64,000 nucleotides of DNA from contig JAVKOQ020000070.1 in the NCBI GenBank assembly GCA_031835245.2, positions 62,001 to 126,000 of the forward strand. The letters are read 5' to 3'. The translations under genes were made by a program, and so were the position numbers. The notes beneath the pieces are model-generated. The model ran no database searches and was not told the DNA's origin. It worked only from the letters and a program-made list of their open reading frames with translations. Of this stretch, positions 50,951 through 63,990 are shown piece by piece (position 1 is the stretch's first letter; every line of letters begins with the position of its first letter). The stretch comes from Balamuthia mandrillaris (Eukaryota).

Positions 50951-51482
50951 TTATAGTTCTTGAAGCAGCTGTTCGATGAGTGCTTTAGGATCTTCTGCCT
51001 CTCTCACTCTTTGCAACAAGGTCTTGGTTCTTTGCTTTTCCTCTCCTTCCCACCGCTCTTCCAGCTCCTTGGCCGCCATTTCTATCTTCACTTTCATTTT
51101 CTCCTCTTCCTCTGCTTTCCACACCTCAAAGTCCATCTGCAACGACTGCACCTGTTCGATAAGGTCGTCTTCCAAAGAGAAGGACGAGCCTTGTGGGGTG
51201 TCTTCTCCTTCTTGTACTTCTTCATCCTCCTCCCCTTCTTCAGCTTCTTCCTCTTCTCCTTCGCCTTCTTCTCGGGTCGTTTTCTTCTTTCCTGGTTTGG
51301 GCCTTCTGGCGGAAGCTCCTCTTTGAGAGCCGCCAAACACGTTGACGGCGTACCAACCTCGCACCTGCACGAAATCTTTGATCGTTCTCACTCCCTTTGC
51401 TCCTTGCGGTAAGATCGGAACCACCGTAACTTCTCTTGCCTTGCGATCAAAAATCAACACAAAGTAATAAGAAAAAAAAGAT

Positions 51483-51523
<41 letters not shown>

Positions 51524-51823
51524 TGCATGCCTCGGCAACGTTAAGGCCGATCCGGTAGAACATGGCCACTTCTTCGAGCACATCTTTGGTGTTGTAGGGG
51601 CGAGAGAGGTCCTCTGGAGTGAACCCTAGCCGCACGTACTGGTCGCTCTTGGTGCGAATGGCCCACGCAGAGGGCATCGCCGGATTCTGTGTCCGGTTAG
51701 CGGTACCACAAGCTTAAGATTGAATGCTGAAAGAACACGCTCACAAATACATCAGCAGAGGAGAGGGGGAAAAAAGCGTACGTTCACATTGAGGGGTGCT
51801 GCAGATGCTGACGAAGAAGCCAT
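50951..51823 (-). CDS. Hypothetical protein, 3 exons, with acidic/coiled-coil C-terminus
   Basis: MASSSASAAPLNVN|NPAMPSAWAIRTKSDQYVRLGF...; intron 1 has a GCTAAC branch point and an ACAG acceptor. Confidence 0.6.
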
Positions 51824-52716
51824 TACACAAGGATGAAAAAAGAAAAAGAAAAAGAAAACGATCGAAACGAAACGAAAGCACTGCACCAGCTGTGCCTGCT
51901 GCTTTCTTCTTTGTTGCGTTGATCTTTTCTCTAAATAAATAAATAAATTATTTACCCAAAATAAAAATCAAAAAAAAAAAAGATCTGTTGAACGAACAAA
52001 CGTGAAGTGAGGGGTAGAGACCGACCCAAGTTTTTTTTCAAAAAAAAAAAACATAAGAGAGAAGAAAGAAGAAAGAAGAAACCGAACGCCTTTTTTTTAA
52101 TAACGGTGTTTATTTTCTAGAGATCATCCTTGGTCACTCACTTCTCTTGGTGCAAGTCCTTCTTCTTTTCTCTCTCTAGCGCTCTTTCTTTCACGAACAT
52201 TTTGTGTGTGGCGACTTTCCACCACAACGGACAGCCACGTACGGGCGAAACCTCGCGCGAAGAAAAAGCGCGGGGAAGACGGGACAAACAGGTTCCGTTT
52301 GCACACCAGAAAAAGGCGGGAAAACCTTTCCCGCCACTTTTGGCGCAACTCATTCTTTCCAACTATGGTAAGGTGAAACGTCCCATTTCTTTTCCCGCCT
52401 TTTTTTCCCGCCTCTTCCATTGGTGGTTCGGAGATGCGGAGTCATAAAAGGTGGTTGGAAATATTGGCGGGAAAACCAATTTGTTAAGCGCGGTTCCTCT
52501 CTTTTTTTTCTCTCTCTTCCGCGCTACTTTTTTTTATTTTTGTTTTTCAAAACACTCTCCAAAAAGTAAAGAAAGAACACGTTCCTCTCTACTCTAAGCC
52601 GGTAGTGAGCGCGTAGATTATTATTTTTATCTTTCCTCTTTTGATTTTTCCCCTTTTTTATTTTTCTGTAAAGACCCCCCGCTACTTTTTTTTTCACACA
52701 CACAAGCACACACAAA

Positions 52717-54320
52717 ATGAGAGAAATCGTTCACATTCAAGCTGGTCAGTGTGGTAACCAGATTGGTGCCAAGTTCTGGGAGGTCATCTCGGCGGAGCAT
52801 GGCGTCAAGAGCGACGGCACCTACGACAACAACATAGAAACCAACCCCAACAAGTCAGATATTCAGCTCGACAAAATCAACGTTTACTTCAATGAGGGCT
52901 CTGGAGGTAATTATTTCTTTTGGTGTGAAAAGATTTTGTGAGCTGGATTTTTAATCGTCAATTTGTTTCGCTCTCGTCCAACAGGCAAATACGTTCCTCG
53001 CGCCATCTTGGTCGACTTGGAGCCTGGCGTGATAGACCACGTGAAGGGCAGCCCGTTTGGCTCTCTTTTCCGTCCCGACAACTTTGTGTTCGGTCAATCC
53101 GGCGCTGGTAACAACTGGTACTTTGAGCGTCTCTTCTTTTTTTGACTACCCTAGTTTTTTTTCGTTTAGCTGAGGCGCTCACTCTTTCCCCCTTTTTTTT
53201 TTATGTGTTGCGTTACAAAAGGGCTAAGGGACACTACACTGAGGGCGCTGAGCTCATCGAAGAAATCTTGGACGTTGTGCGAAAGGAGGCTGAGAGCTGC
53301 GACCTGTTGCAAGGTTTCCAGATTTGCCACTCTCTCGGAGGTGGTACTGGCTCTGGTTTGGGCACCCTCTTGATGAGCAAGATCCGCGAGGACTTCCCCG
53401 ACAGAATGATGTGCACCTTCTCCGTCGTGCCTTCCCCCAAGGTCTCTGACACCGTCGTCGAGCCCTACAACGCTACCCTCTCTGTCCATCAGCTGGTCGA
53501 GAACGCCGACGAGGTGATGTGTATTGATAACGAGGCCCTTTACGACATTTGCTTCCGCACGCTGAAGCTGCAGACTCCCACCTACGGCGATCTGAACCAC
53601 TTGGTCAGCCACGTCATGAGCGGCATCACCTGTTCCCTGCGCTTCCCCGGCCAACTCAATGCTGATCTTCGCAAGTTGGCCGTGAACTTGATCCCCTTCC
53701 CCCGTCTCCACTTTTTCCTCGTTGGCTTTGCCCCCCTTAGCTCTAGGCGCTCCAAGGAGTTCATCAACCTCACCGTCCCCGAGCTCACCCAACAGATGTT
53801 CAACGTGAAGAACATGATGGCTGCCTCCGACCCCCGCAAGGGACGATACCTCACCGCCTCTGCCATGTTCCGCGGCCCCGTTGCCACCAAGGAGGTTGAA
53901 GAGCAGATGCTCCAAGTGCAGAACAAGTACAGCACCCACTTTGTGGAGTGGATCCCCAACAACATCAAGTCCTCTGTCTGCTCTGTCCCCCACGTTGGCT
54001 CCAAGATCTCTGCCACCTTTATCGGCAACAGCACCTGCATTCAGGAGCTCTTTAGGCGCGTGGGAGAGCAGTTCACTGCCATGTTCAAGAGAAAGGCTTT
54101 CTTGCATTGGTTCACAGAGGAGGGCATGGACGAGATGGAGTTTACCGAGGCCGAGAGCAACATGAACGATCTTGTGGCCGAGTACCAGCAGTACGAGACC
54201 GCCGGCATTGAGACGGACGAAGAAGAGGGCGAGGGCTATGGACACCAGGAGGAGGGCTCCTTTGCTGCCAGTGAAGTAGGCGACCTTGGAGAGGATGAGG
54301 GACTCGAGCTCGATGGATAA
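52717..54320 (+). CDS. tubB: Beta-tubulin (divergent), 3 exons
   Basis: [43 protein letters not shown], acidic C-tail; two GT-AG introns. Confidence 0.98.
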
Positions 54321-54917
54321 AAACAAACAAGGTGGTGGATGTGGTGGATGAGAACCTTCTTTTGCGCTTTTCTTCTTTTTTTTTTTTGAACAACCCGAAA
54401 AAAATAATAAAAATATAATATAGAAACATCACTGTATACGTGCTCGATACGCTTGCTTTTTTTCTCCCAACGCCACTCTGGGTACTCGTACTGTCCTCTC
54501 TTCTTTCTTGTCCTTGCCTTGCTTGCCTTTTGGGAGAGCTTGATGCACAGGAGTGCTAAGAGCGAAGGGGGAGACCAGAGATTTGGGGTTTCGTGAAACC
54601 CGACTCTCCGCTTTGGCGGACTCTTCCAGACCAGCAAACATAACGATGGCATAACCGGGCGGAGAAACGTTCACGCGAGCCTCCATTCTTCCTTCTTCCT
54701 TTCTTAACCGCAAAGGGCGAGGTTGTCGTGAGTACCATTTTAACAGCGGTTCTCATGGTTGAAAACGGATCTCGTTCCTTCCCAGGAAAGAGGTGCGAGC
54801 GACACTGGACCCTCCTCTCAGCCTTGGCGGCAACCAAACGAATGCAAAATAAACATAATAATAGACACTCCATTGTAACAAATACAACAAACATTCCTTC
54901 GTCCCTTCATTTCCTTC

Positions 54918-56381
54918 TCAAAGAAACGAGGAATAAAAGAAGAAAGACGAGAGACTGGAAGCCGCCCCACCGTCATCCGGATAGCCTCCATCCTCACCGT
55001 CCTCCAGGCCGTCTTCGCCATCGTCGCCATCGCCGCCATCGCTCGCCCCGCTCGTTCGAGCCATGATCCAGTCCTTCGCTGTGGCCACGTAGGCCCATGC
55101 GCTTGTTCGCCCGCTGAGGAGCGTCCCTTTGTGAAACCAACTGGCAACGCCTAGTTGGACCGGTTGGTTCGTCTCGGGGATTATCATGAAGAGTGGCCCT
55201 CCACCGTCGCCTCCGCCTAATCCTCCCTGTTGTTTACAAGAAGAAGAAGAAGAAGAAGAAGAAGAAGAAGAAGAAGAAGAAGAAGAAGAAGAACAAGAAG
55301 AACAAGAAGAACAAGAAGAACAAGAAGAACAAGAAGAAGAAGAAGAAAGACAAAAAGAATGTAAGAGAGCAGTTTGAAAGAAATAAAGAACGAAAAGAAA
55401 AAAAAAAAACGAACGTTGAGAGGGAAGTCCACCCCACAGATGAACCATTTTCTGTACTTTACAGTGACTTCAGCGATGAGTTCGTCGGTAATGTTGAGGG
55501 TGAACGTAAAAGTGGCGGACATGCAATCGGTTGCGCTGAGGATTTGGATGTCGTTCTCTATCAGGATGGTGCTGTAGTAGTTCAGGTCGTCAAAGTCGGT
55601 AACGCCCCATCCCATGAACCTCAAACTTTCGCCTGTTTTGTGAGGAGAGCACAGATGAAGAGGGGAAAAAAATGAGAAAGAGCCAAGAGGAAAGAGGAAA
55701 GAGAGAAAGAGCTCTGGGAGAGCGAAAGAGAAGTGGAGAGAGAACAGGAAAAAGAGAAGCGGAGAGAGAGAGAAAACAGGAAAAGAGAAAAAGGGGTGAA
55801 TTACCGATCCAAGAGTTGCTGTTCATGGTGTCATCAAGAGTGATGGGCTCTATGCCCTCCACCTTATTGCTCAACGTCAGCACAGCAAAGTCAGCCCACC
55901 GTTTCTCGGCTTTTGCGTCGAACTCCGGGTGTATGGCAATCCTCGTTACATCAAAATTGAGGGTTCCCTGGTAGATCCTTCGGACGTCCTCTTGAGGGAG
56001 GTCGATGTTGGTGGAGTTGAAGAGGACGCTCAACGAGAGGTCTCGTTGCTCGGCGTCGACCACGCAGTGAGCGGCCGTCAGCACGTGTTTGGAGGAGATG
56101 AGCGTGCAGCCGCAGAATTGGGTATCGTAGACCGAGTGGCCGGTGACCCGAATGTATAAAGCTCCGAGCCAAGGGTAGGCTCCTTGTTCCACCGCATCAC
56201 CGCCGTAGACTCGTTCATTTACGCGTGCAAGAGGAGAAAGGGAAGAAGGAGAAGAAGGGGAAGGAGGAGAAGCGGCTTCCGCAGGAAAAAAGCCGGCACA
56301 GAACAGTGGGAGAAGAAGAAGTAAGGAGAGGGCGGGAGCTGCCGGTCGTGGCCGCGGCCACCCATAGCTTCCTCCGGGCAT
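54918..56381 (-). CDS. Secreted trypsin-fold (S1A) protein, catalytic Ser replaced by Gly, 3 exons
   Basis: Signal peptide, R|VYGG activation site, YPWLG, FCGCTLI, LTAAHC, DFAVL, GWG, then GDGGGPL instead of GDSGGPL. Confidence 0.85.
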
Positions 56382-56970
56382 GCTTTGTTCGTTTTCGTTT
56401 TCGTTCTTAAACAAAAAAAAGGGGGTGTCGTGGAGGTAACGCAAGCAGTTGGTCAAAAAGACCCGATAGGGAGTTCAACAGGTTCATTCATTCATTATAG
56501 CGGTTATAATAATGAAAATATCATCCGATATTCTATCCTAATACGCCATTTATTTTTAACGTGATAACAGCAAATATGGCCATAACAGCCGAGCTCGGGG
56601 TGCGCGGAGAGGAAAAGGCTGGGAGATTGTGCGTGGGAACGCCCAGGTGAGAGAAACCTCAGAACCGAATTAGAGGAAAGCGGAATAAAGGCAGAAACTG
56701 AGAAAAAGGCCTTGTGTTCCATTGGTCGGAAAGGACCAATGTGTGTGGTTATTCAGATTGGCTTGCGCCGCTCCCTTCTCGTCCTCCTTCTCTCTCGCCT
56801 CTCTCTATCTCCTCTCTCCCTCTCTCTCGCCCAACGTTCTCTCCATCTCAACGTGATGCATTGGTTCAATAAACAGGAGAAGGAATTCAAGAAATCTTAA
56901 GGATGCAGACTATTTAAGTAATGATTAGCATGCAAAGAATGAAAGCCATCTCTAGAATTCCAAAACATGA

Positions 56971-57219
56971 ATGCACCACCGAAATCCCGCAGAAATTATG
57001 GCGAAAGGAACAAAGAAAGTTAAAAAAATGGAAGGAGGAGAAGACATGAGCTATGCCAGCCAAGACCACGGCAACTACTTTCAACAGGGAGTGGAGGCGT
57101 ACGCCACCTCTATGACCTCTCCCACCTCTGAGGTTTTGCAACACTTGGAGCACCAAACAAAAGTACTTTTGTTTTCTTTTGTTTGTTTGCCAACACAAAT
57201 CACTTTCCCTCTCTTTCTC

Positions 57220-57260
<41 letters not shown>

Positions 57261-58083
57261 CTCTCTGCAACAAAAAAAAGGCGGATGTAAAAGAAGCAAA
57301 TATGTTGTGTGGTCCGTTGGAGGGCACCTTTTTGTCCATGTTGGTCCGCATTACTGCCGCGAAGAGGGTGTTGGAGCTCGGCACTTACACCGGATACTCT
57401 TCATTGTGCATGGCCGAAGCTGTACCATCCTCCTTCCACCTCTTATCCCTCCTTGTTGTAGTTCTTCTTCTTCTTCTTCTTCTTCTTCCTCTTGTGCTTG
57501 TGCTTGTGCTTGTGCCGGTGCCTGTGCCTGTGCCTGTGCCTGTCTCGGCTAACTTGTTACTCACTTAAGTTACCAAGTGATGGGGAGGTGATAACTTTGG
57601 ATGATTGGTCGGATGTGGGAGAAGCCAAAGAACTCTTTGAAAAGTACAAAGCAGAAAGTCTTCATGGTCACAAAGTAAAGCTCATCACTGGAAACGCTAA
57701 AGAAAGGTTCTTCTTCTTGTGCTTCTTCTTCTTCTTCTTCTCTTCTTCTCCTCTTCCTCCTCACATTTCCTCTAACATCACTCTGAAGTCTCAACACACT
57801 GAAAGACCAACAACCATTCGACCTTATCTTCATTGACGCTGACAAAGAAAGCCAAATCTACTACTACGACTTCATTCTCGAGCACCAGCTTTTATCTTCG
57901 CGTGGCCTCATCGTCGTCGATAACACCTTGTGGTATGCCAAGGTGATAGAACCACCAGAAAAACATGATTCAGTCACCCAACACATTCATGCATTCAACC
58001 AACATGTCGTTCGCGACACGCGCACACGCAATTGTCTGCTTACCGTTCGAGACGGCATATCTCTCATTACGTGGAACTATTGA
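56971..58083 (+). CDS. SAM-dependent O-methyltransferase (caffeoyl-CoA/catechol OMT, Methyltransf_3), 4 exons
   Basis: AKRVLELGTYTGYSSLCMAE, FDLIFIDADK, LIVVDNTLW, LLTVRDGISL. Confidence 0.92.
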
Positions 58084-58218
58084 CTCCACACAACAACGAA
58101 CTTTGGTTGCTTCTTAGCCAAAGGAGAATGAGAAAGAGCACCTTTGTATTTACAAACACTTGAAAAAGCCAGCTCAAAAAGATGAAAAACTTTGCCTTTC
58201 TCCTTAGCTGGTCTGTTT

Positions 58219-60355
58219 TCAAAAGAGCAGTTGCACATGAGGATAACGCTCCTGCAGTTGAGACAATGCCATTCTCTCGTTGCTGCCAACGCTTCCCACC
58301 AAGTAGACCTTCCTCAGCAACGTCAAACCAGCCAACAGCTTCTCCAACGTTGCCACTCGCAGAGAACATCCCTCCAAGTTGAGTTCCTCGATGAGAGAGA
58401 TGCTGTGATGAAAGTTTTCGTCTTGCAGCAGTTGGCGTTTCTGTCGACTCTCTTCAGGAGTTGTTGAGGGGCAGAGAGAAAGCGTTCGCAGTTGCAGTTG
58501 ACAGAATGGATGACCCTCCAATTGTTGCGCTTGCTCGTGGTCTTCTCTCTCTTTCTCTTTCTCTTTCTCTTTCTCTTTCTCTTTCTCTTTCTGTTCATCG
58601 GAAGAAGAAAAGAGAGGGCGATTTCGAGGAAGAGAAGATAAGGAACTGAAAGTGGGGGGTGCTTTAAACACGCGTAGACTGTTTCTGGTCTTGCTCAATA
58701 AAAACCTTATTCCTTTTTGTTTTGGTTTCGATGAGAATAACAAAAAGAAAACAAAAAAGAGAGGAGAAAGACTAACCATCTTCGCTGATGTGAAAGCAAC
58801 CAGACAAGTCCAACTCAACCAAAGATGGGCAATGCACAGCCAGATAGGCCACGCTTTTGTCGGTGAGACGATGACAGTGCGCCAAGTGCAACTTCCTCAA
58901 AGCGTTGCCACAACCCAGCGCCATGCTCACAATCGACTCGTCATCCAAGTTGCTGCAGTAAGAAGCCAACAGAGAGCTCAAAATGGGATGACTTCTCTTT
59001 AAACTCTGACTGTCCTTATCATTGTTGTTGGTGTTGTTGCTGATACCATATTTCTGCCTCATGTACATTTCCAAGGCGTGCTCTTCGTCGTCTTCATCAA
59101 CTTCCTGTTCTTCTTCTTCACCATTTTCTCCTTGTTCATCGTTTCCTGTTGTGCTTTCATCACTATTGTTGCTGTTGTTTCGGGAGCGAGGAGGGGATGG
59201 TCTTCGAGGAAGTCTGTTTTGGAGGATGCCGCTGGCGCCTTTTCGGGTTCTGCAAGTAGCGCACACTCGCACTTTCTTGTTGTTGTAGCTTTTGCAGACG
59301 GTGCAATACCACAGAGAAGGGTCTCTGTTGCGAGCACCGCCTCCGCTGCCACCCCTTGTTTGAGAGGATAAAGACCATAACGGAGAAGCAAACGACGAAG
59401 ATGAAAGGAACGAAGAAGCAGAGGAAGAAGCCGAAGCAGAGGAGGAAGAAGACGAAGCAGAGGAGGAGGAAGAAGGAGAAGTAAAAAAAAGAGAAGTGAC
59501 CCATTTGCAGCCAGATAGCTGTAAGCTCACCAGGTTTGGGCATTTGACGCGAATGTACTCCAGACATGCGCTTGAAAGACCTTTTTGTTCAAAAAGAAGC
59601 AACAGTGGATATCCCAGTCAGAAGCCAACAGAGAAAGAGAGAAGGAGAGAAGAAGAAGAAGAAGAAAGTGGAAGAGAAGCAGTGAAGAAAAAGAAGGAGA
59701 CACGAAACAGAAGAGAAGGGAAGAAAAAGTCAAGAGAAAGAACAAGAGAGCGAGAGAGAGAGAGAGAGAGAGAGCATAGAAACGAAGAAGAAAAGAGGCT
59801 GTGAGAGAACCAACCAACGCAGCCAGAGATATTGATGGACAGAAGGTTGGGAGACTTTTCCAGAAAGGCAAGAAACCTCTCATTGGTGAGCTTGGTCTTC
59901 AGCGACTTGCTGGTGAACCCAATCTGTTTGCCGAGGTACTTGTCCTTGGCCACGCGCCTAAAGTGGTGGCAGACGAGCTCCACGCGGGACAACATCGTCA
60001 GGTCCAGGAAGGAGAACACGTGGAGCAGCGTCTCCTCTGGCAGGTCCAGCAGTTGCCATTTGGTTGCTTCTCCTTCTCCTTCCTCTTCTTCCTCTTCTTC
60101 TTGTTGGAGGGAAGAGGAGGAGGAGGAAGAAGAGGAAGGAGCTTCTTCTTGTTTATGGAGTCGGTTTGAAGGGGCGAATCGGTCCTGGAGTCGTGGTGGC
60201 GGTTTGGCAGCACGCGCCCCAGTAAGTTCAAAGTAGAGCAATGAGGCAGATGGGAGAGAAGAAGAAGAAGAAGAAGAGGCTGTAGCAGTAGCAGCAGCAG
60301 CCTGGCAGCAGTTTGGTGGTGGCTCCGCTTGGGAGTAAGCTGCAGTGCCCTCCAT
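58219..60355 (-). CDS. F-box/LRR (FBXL-type) protein with an inserted RanBP2-type zinc finger
   Basis: LLDLPEETLLHVFSFL...LVCHHFR (F-box); Cys-containing LRRs (CPNLVSLQLSGC, CPSLVELDLSGC); WYCTVCKSYNNKKVRVCATCRTRK. Confidence 0.85.
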
Positions 60356-60651
60356 TGTCTTTTCTGTCTTTTTTTCTTCGGAACTTTAAATTTTTTTTGC
60401 TCGTCAACATTTACGATTTTTCATTGGCTAATCCATGGAGAGCGGACGATCTTCTCTTGCATTTGATTTACAATTGGTGATTTGAATTTAATCCAGTGCA
60501 TTCCAAGAGCCAACCAGGAAAAAGCGCGCCAAAAAGTTGGGCCGAATTTCCTTGTTTCCAAGAAATTTCCGTACTTTTTTGTCGAGCAGAGAAAAAACAG
60601 CAGCAAAAATGTTGGCCTCATAGCAGAGATATAACTATTATTTTTTATTTT

Positions 60652-63600
60652 TTACATACAAACACACTTATCGTCCTTCTGCCCGGCAGCAGCCATGGCC
60701 CTCTCGTACTCTGCCAACGCAGCAAGGTAGGTCTTTGGCGGCCACTGATGCTCCTCGATCCACTCCAGCGTCTCTCCTTCCAGCAGCTTGAACTCCTCCC
60801 TCTTGGACATTGGCTGGTAGTTGGTGGCCACAAAGTGGCGGCAGAAGCCGGCCAGCTGCTGCGCGTTGTGCTGTTGGGAGCAGAGAAGGAGGCCTATGAC
60901 GTCTATGTCGGCCTTTTCTATGCCGTCCGTGCATGCCACCTCCACCATCTTGCTGATGTAGAGCTCGCAGAGGGTGACCAAGCGAGAGAGCCCGAAACGG
61001 TTGGCGAGGGCCATAATGCTGACCGGATCCTCTGCCTGATCGATGGGGCTGTGGTCGGTGTAGATGTACTGAAGAACGGCGAGAAAGGCTTCTGGGTCGG
61101 CGTCTTGAATGTCGATAGCTTTATTTTTGAGACATGTTAGGAGAGGGAACAGACAGGTAGAGATTAGAGAGAAGAGTGTTACCTTGGCGGGTGGAGGCTT
61201 CACGAAAGCCGCTGCGAAACATAGTGCTGAGAACGGGGCAGCGCACGTCGAGAAGGGACTTGTGGGCATGAACGGAGAGGCCGCCAACGGCGAACGATAT
61301 GTCGGAGAATAAAGGCTTGTTGAAGAAGAGCTCATAAGTCTTTTCGGCGGTCATGTCGTTCAAATACGTTCCTATTAACGGAAAGAAAGAGAAAGAAAGG
61401 AACCAAAGCCAAAAAAAGTTAGTAACACAAAAACGAAGAACGAACAGAAGAAACGAAAAGAAGAAAGGCACCAATGCTAGGATTGAGGAAGTCGTTGCCA
61501 TCAAGAATGTTTTGACAGATGGTAACGAGCTGCTCGCACTTGAATATCTCGGCGGCATGCATGAGCTCCACCACCAAGTCCTTGTCATAGGAGTCGCTAT
61601 CTTTCTGCTTCAACTTGACCATTCCGGTGTAAAGAAACTCCAACACTCGAAGGAAGATGTCGTGATGGATCTTGTGGCTGATTTCCAGAAGAGTGATGGT
61701 AGATTCAAGCGTCTTGCTCTTCTTCTTTTTGCCGCCTTTCTTCTTCTTTCCTTTGTTCTTTTTCTTTGTGCTCTCACCTTCATCGTCGTCTTCTTTATCT
61801 TGAAGTTTGACCATTACTCGATGGAAGCCACTTACTTCCCCTCTATTGATGGCTCTGTGAATGGGCAACAACAATTTGTCATTTTCATCTTCTTCCTCCA
61901 CCTCTTCTTCCTTTTCTTCGCCTTTCTTCTCTTCCTTCTTTTCTTCTTTCTTCTCAGCATCTTTCTTTTCTTCTTTCTTTTCTGCAGATGAAGTTGTTGT
62001 GTTTCGCTGCTTCAACTTAGACTCCACAAACTCCTGTATTTGTCCTCGTACGAGATGATTGGGGATCAAGTTCTTGTTATCCAACTCAGCGCCCGTTCTC
62101 GGAGAAGTGTTGTGTTTGACCAACCATTCCTTGATGTTTGCTTCTTCGTAGGTGTGACCATCGCAGGTAAGCACCGGGTTTTGCTGTCATAGTCATAGTG
62201 AGCTTAAACGGAAAGAAGAAGAAGAGGAGGAAAGATAAGCAAGGCAAGAAGGAAGAGAGAAGAGGCTTTACCATGATTTCCTGGGAAATGGGACACAAGT
62301 ATGCTTCAGGAATGTTATCCCCTTCTTCTTCCATGATCATTTCCAAATCTTCTTGCGTGAAGCCCGATTTAGCCTTTGCAGACGACGACGAAGAAGAAGA
62401 AGACGACGACGACGATGTGGACTTGCTTCCCGTGGAAGCCTTTTTGTTGCTCGAACCTCCTCTTGATGTTGACGAAGACGTAGAAAAATCGTATTGACTG
62501 CTCTCTAAGCCAAGCACTTGTCGGAACAGCTTTGAAGCCGAACAAAGCATCACACGATGCGCATGAATCTCTTTGAACTGGAGCTCCTCTTCTTTCTTCT
62601 CGCTCTTGCTCGCCACTTTGAAGATGACATCTGCATAACGATCCTTGTTCAAGAGTTTGGCGAGTTCATCGGCGATGATTGCCGTTTCTATGTTAATCCA
62701 TGGAGCGCGTCCAGCAGGAGGCATCACGGGAGGCACCGGCATTGGCTTCTCCTCTTTGGCTGTCTTGGAGGATCTGCTGCCTCTGCTAGGACCCCATCCT
62801 CCTTTCTTCTTTTTGCTTTTGGAGGAACTGCCGCCACCACCATTGAGAGCAGTGATAATGGCATTGTCAAAGAGGGTCTTTACGCCTTGTTGAGTGAGGG
62901 CGCTTGTTTCATAGTAACCAGCTAAACCATTCTTTTAAAGAGGAGAGTTAGGCGAGAAGTAGAGAAAAAGGGCAGAAGGAAGAAGAGTCGAAGAAGAAAC
63001 GGAAAGACAGAGAGCGCAGAAGTTAGAGGACAAGAGCAAGAGAGAGAGAGAGAGAGAGAGAGGGAGAATGGAAGAGGAAGGAAGAGAGAGCGAGAGAGCG
63101 AGAGAGCGAGAGAGAGAGAGAATGAGTACCCGTTTGGCCATAGCAATGCCTTGTTCCGTGGTGACCAGGTCCATGCCTTTGTCATTGAGCTTGCGTTTCG
63201 TATTGTCATCGGAGCGAAGGTCCATCTTAGTGCCCACCAATACAATGGGTGCTTCTGAATGATGTCTATGACGATCGTTAACAACAATCAATATAAAAGC
63301 AGAGAAGAGAGAGAAGAGGGAAGAGGGAAGAGGGAAGAGAGAAGAGAGATGAGGGAAGAGGGAAGAGAGAAGAGAAGAGAGAAGAGAGAGAAGAGAGAAC
63401 GAGGGAGGAGAGACAAAAGACGAACTTAAGTTCAGGCAGCCATTTGTGCTCTACGTTTTCAAAGGAAACGGGAGAGGCTAGGGAAAAGCAACACAGAAAA
63501 ACATCCGTTTGGGGATAAGACAACGGCCGCAGTCGATCATAGTCCTCCTGTCCAGCAGTATCCCTGTCGTGTGCGTATTCAAACGCCTTAGCAAAGAGAG

Positions 63601-63990
63601 AAAGACAAAACAAAAAAAAAAAAAAAGAAAGCGAGGACATACCAAAGACCAAGGTTGATGGGTTTGCCGTCTACCAATACGTTGGCGCTGTAGTTATCGA
63701 ATACGGTCGGTACCTATGTTTGTTTTATTTTATTCGATTAGAACGAACTTGCAACAACAACAACAACAAAAAAGCACTTACATAATCGCTCGGAAAGCTG
63801 TTGGTAGTGTACCTTTATGTTTGTGGGATTGGAAAGAAAGCGAGAAAGAGAGAAGCAACAAAGATTAGTCTTTTTTTTTTTGAATAAAACCAAAGCAGCA
63901 GAACAAAAAAAATGCTTACGATATGAGCAAACAGCTTTTACCGACGGCGCCATCGCCAACCACCACACATTTCACAGCTTGCATAGCCAT
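60652..63990 (-). CDS. RhoBTB/RacA-like atypical Rho GTPase with split BTB1 containing a U-box, BTB2 and C-terminal CaaX
   Basis: [46 protein letters not shown]; Pro-rich [16 protein letters not shown] (YADVIF...HAHRVML...LEFLYTG; FSDISF...HAHKSLL); HNAQQL...HFVATNY, HQWPP (RhoBTB C-terminus); ends CVCM. Confidence 0.92.

Noticed and set aside
51660..51830. Apparent frameshift between exon 1 and the downstream ORF (antizyme-like +1 recoding?)
   Set aside because: A downstream acceptor (GCTAAC...ACAG|AATCCG) restores the frame by normal splicing; no UCC-UGA-type shift site
53166..54326. 386-aa antisense ORF over beta-tubulin (and similar shadows over TEP1)
   Set aside because: Antisense shadow caused by codon bias; no recognisable domain
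54429..54894. Small ORFs between tubulin and the trypsin-like gene
   Set aside because: No recognisable domain or consistent exon chain; cannot be supported
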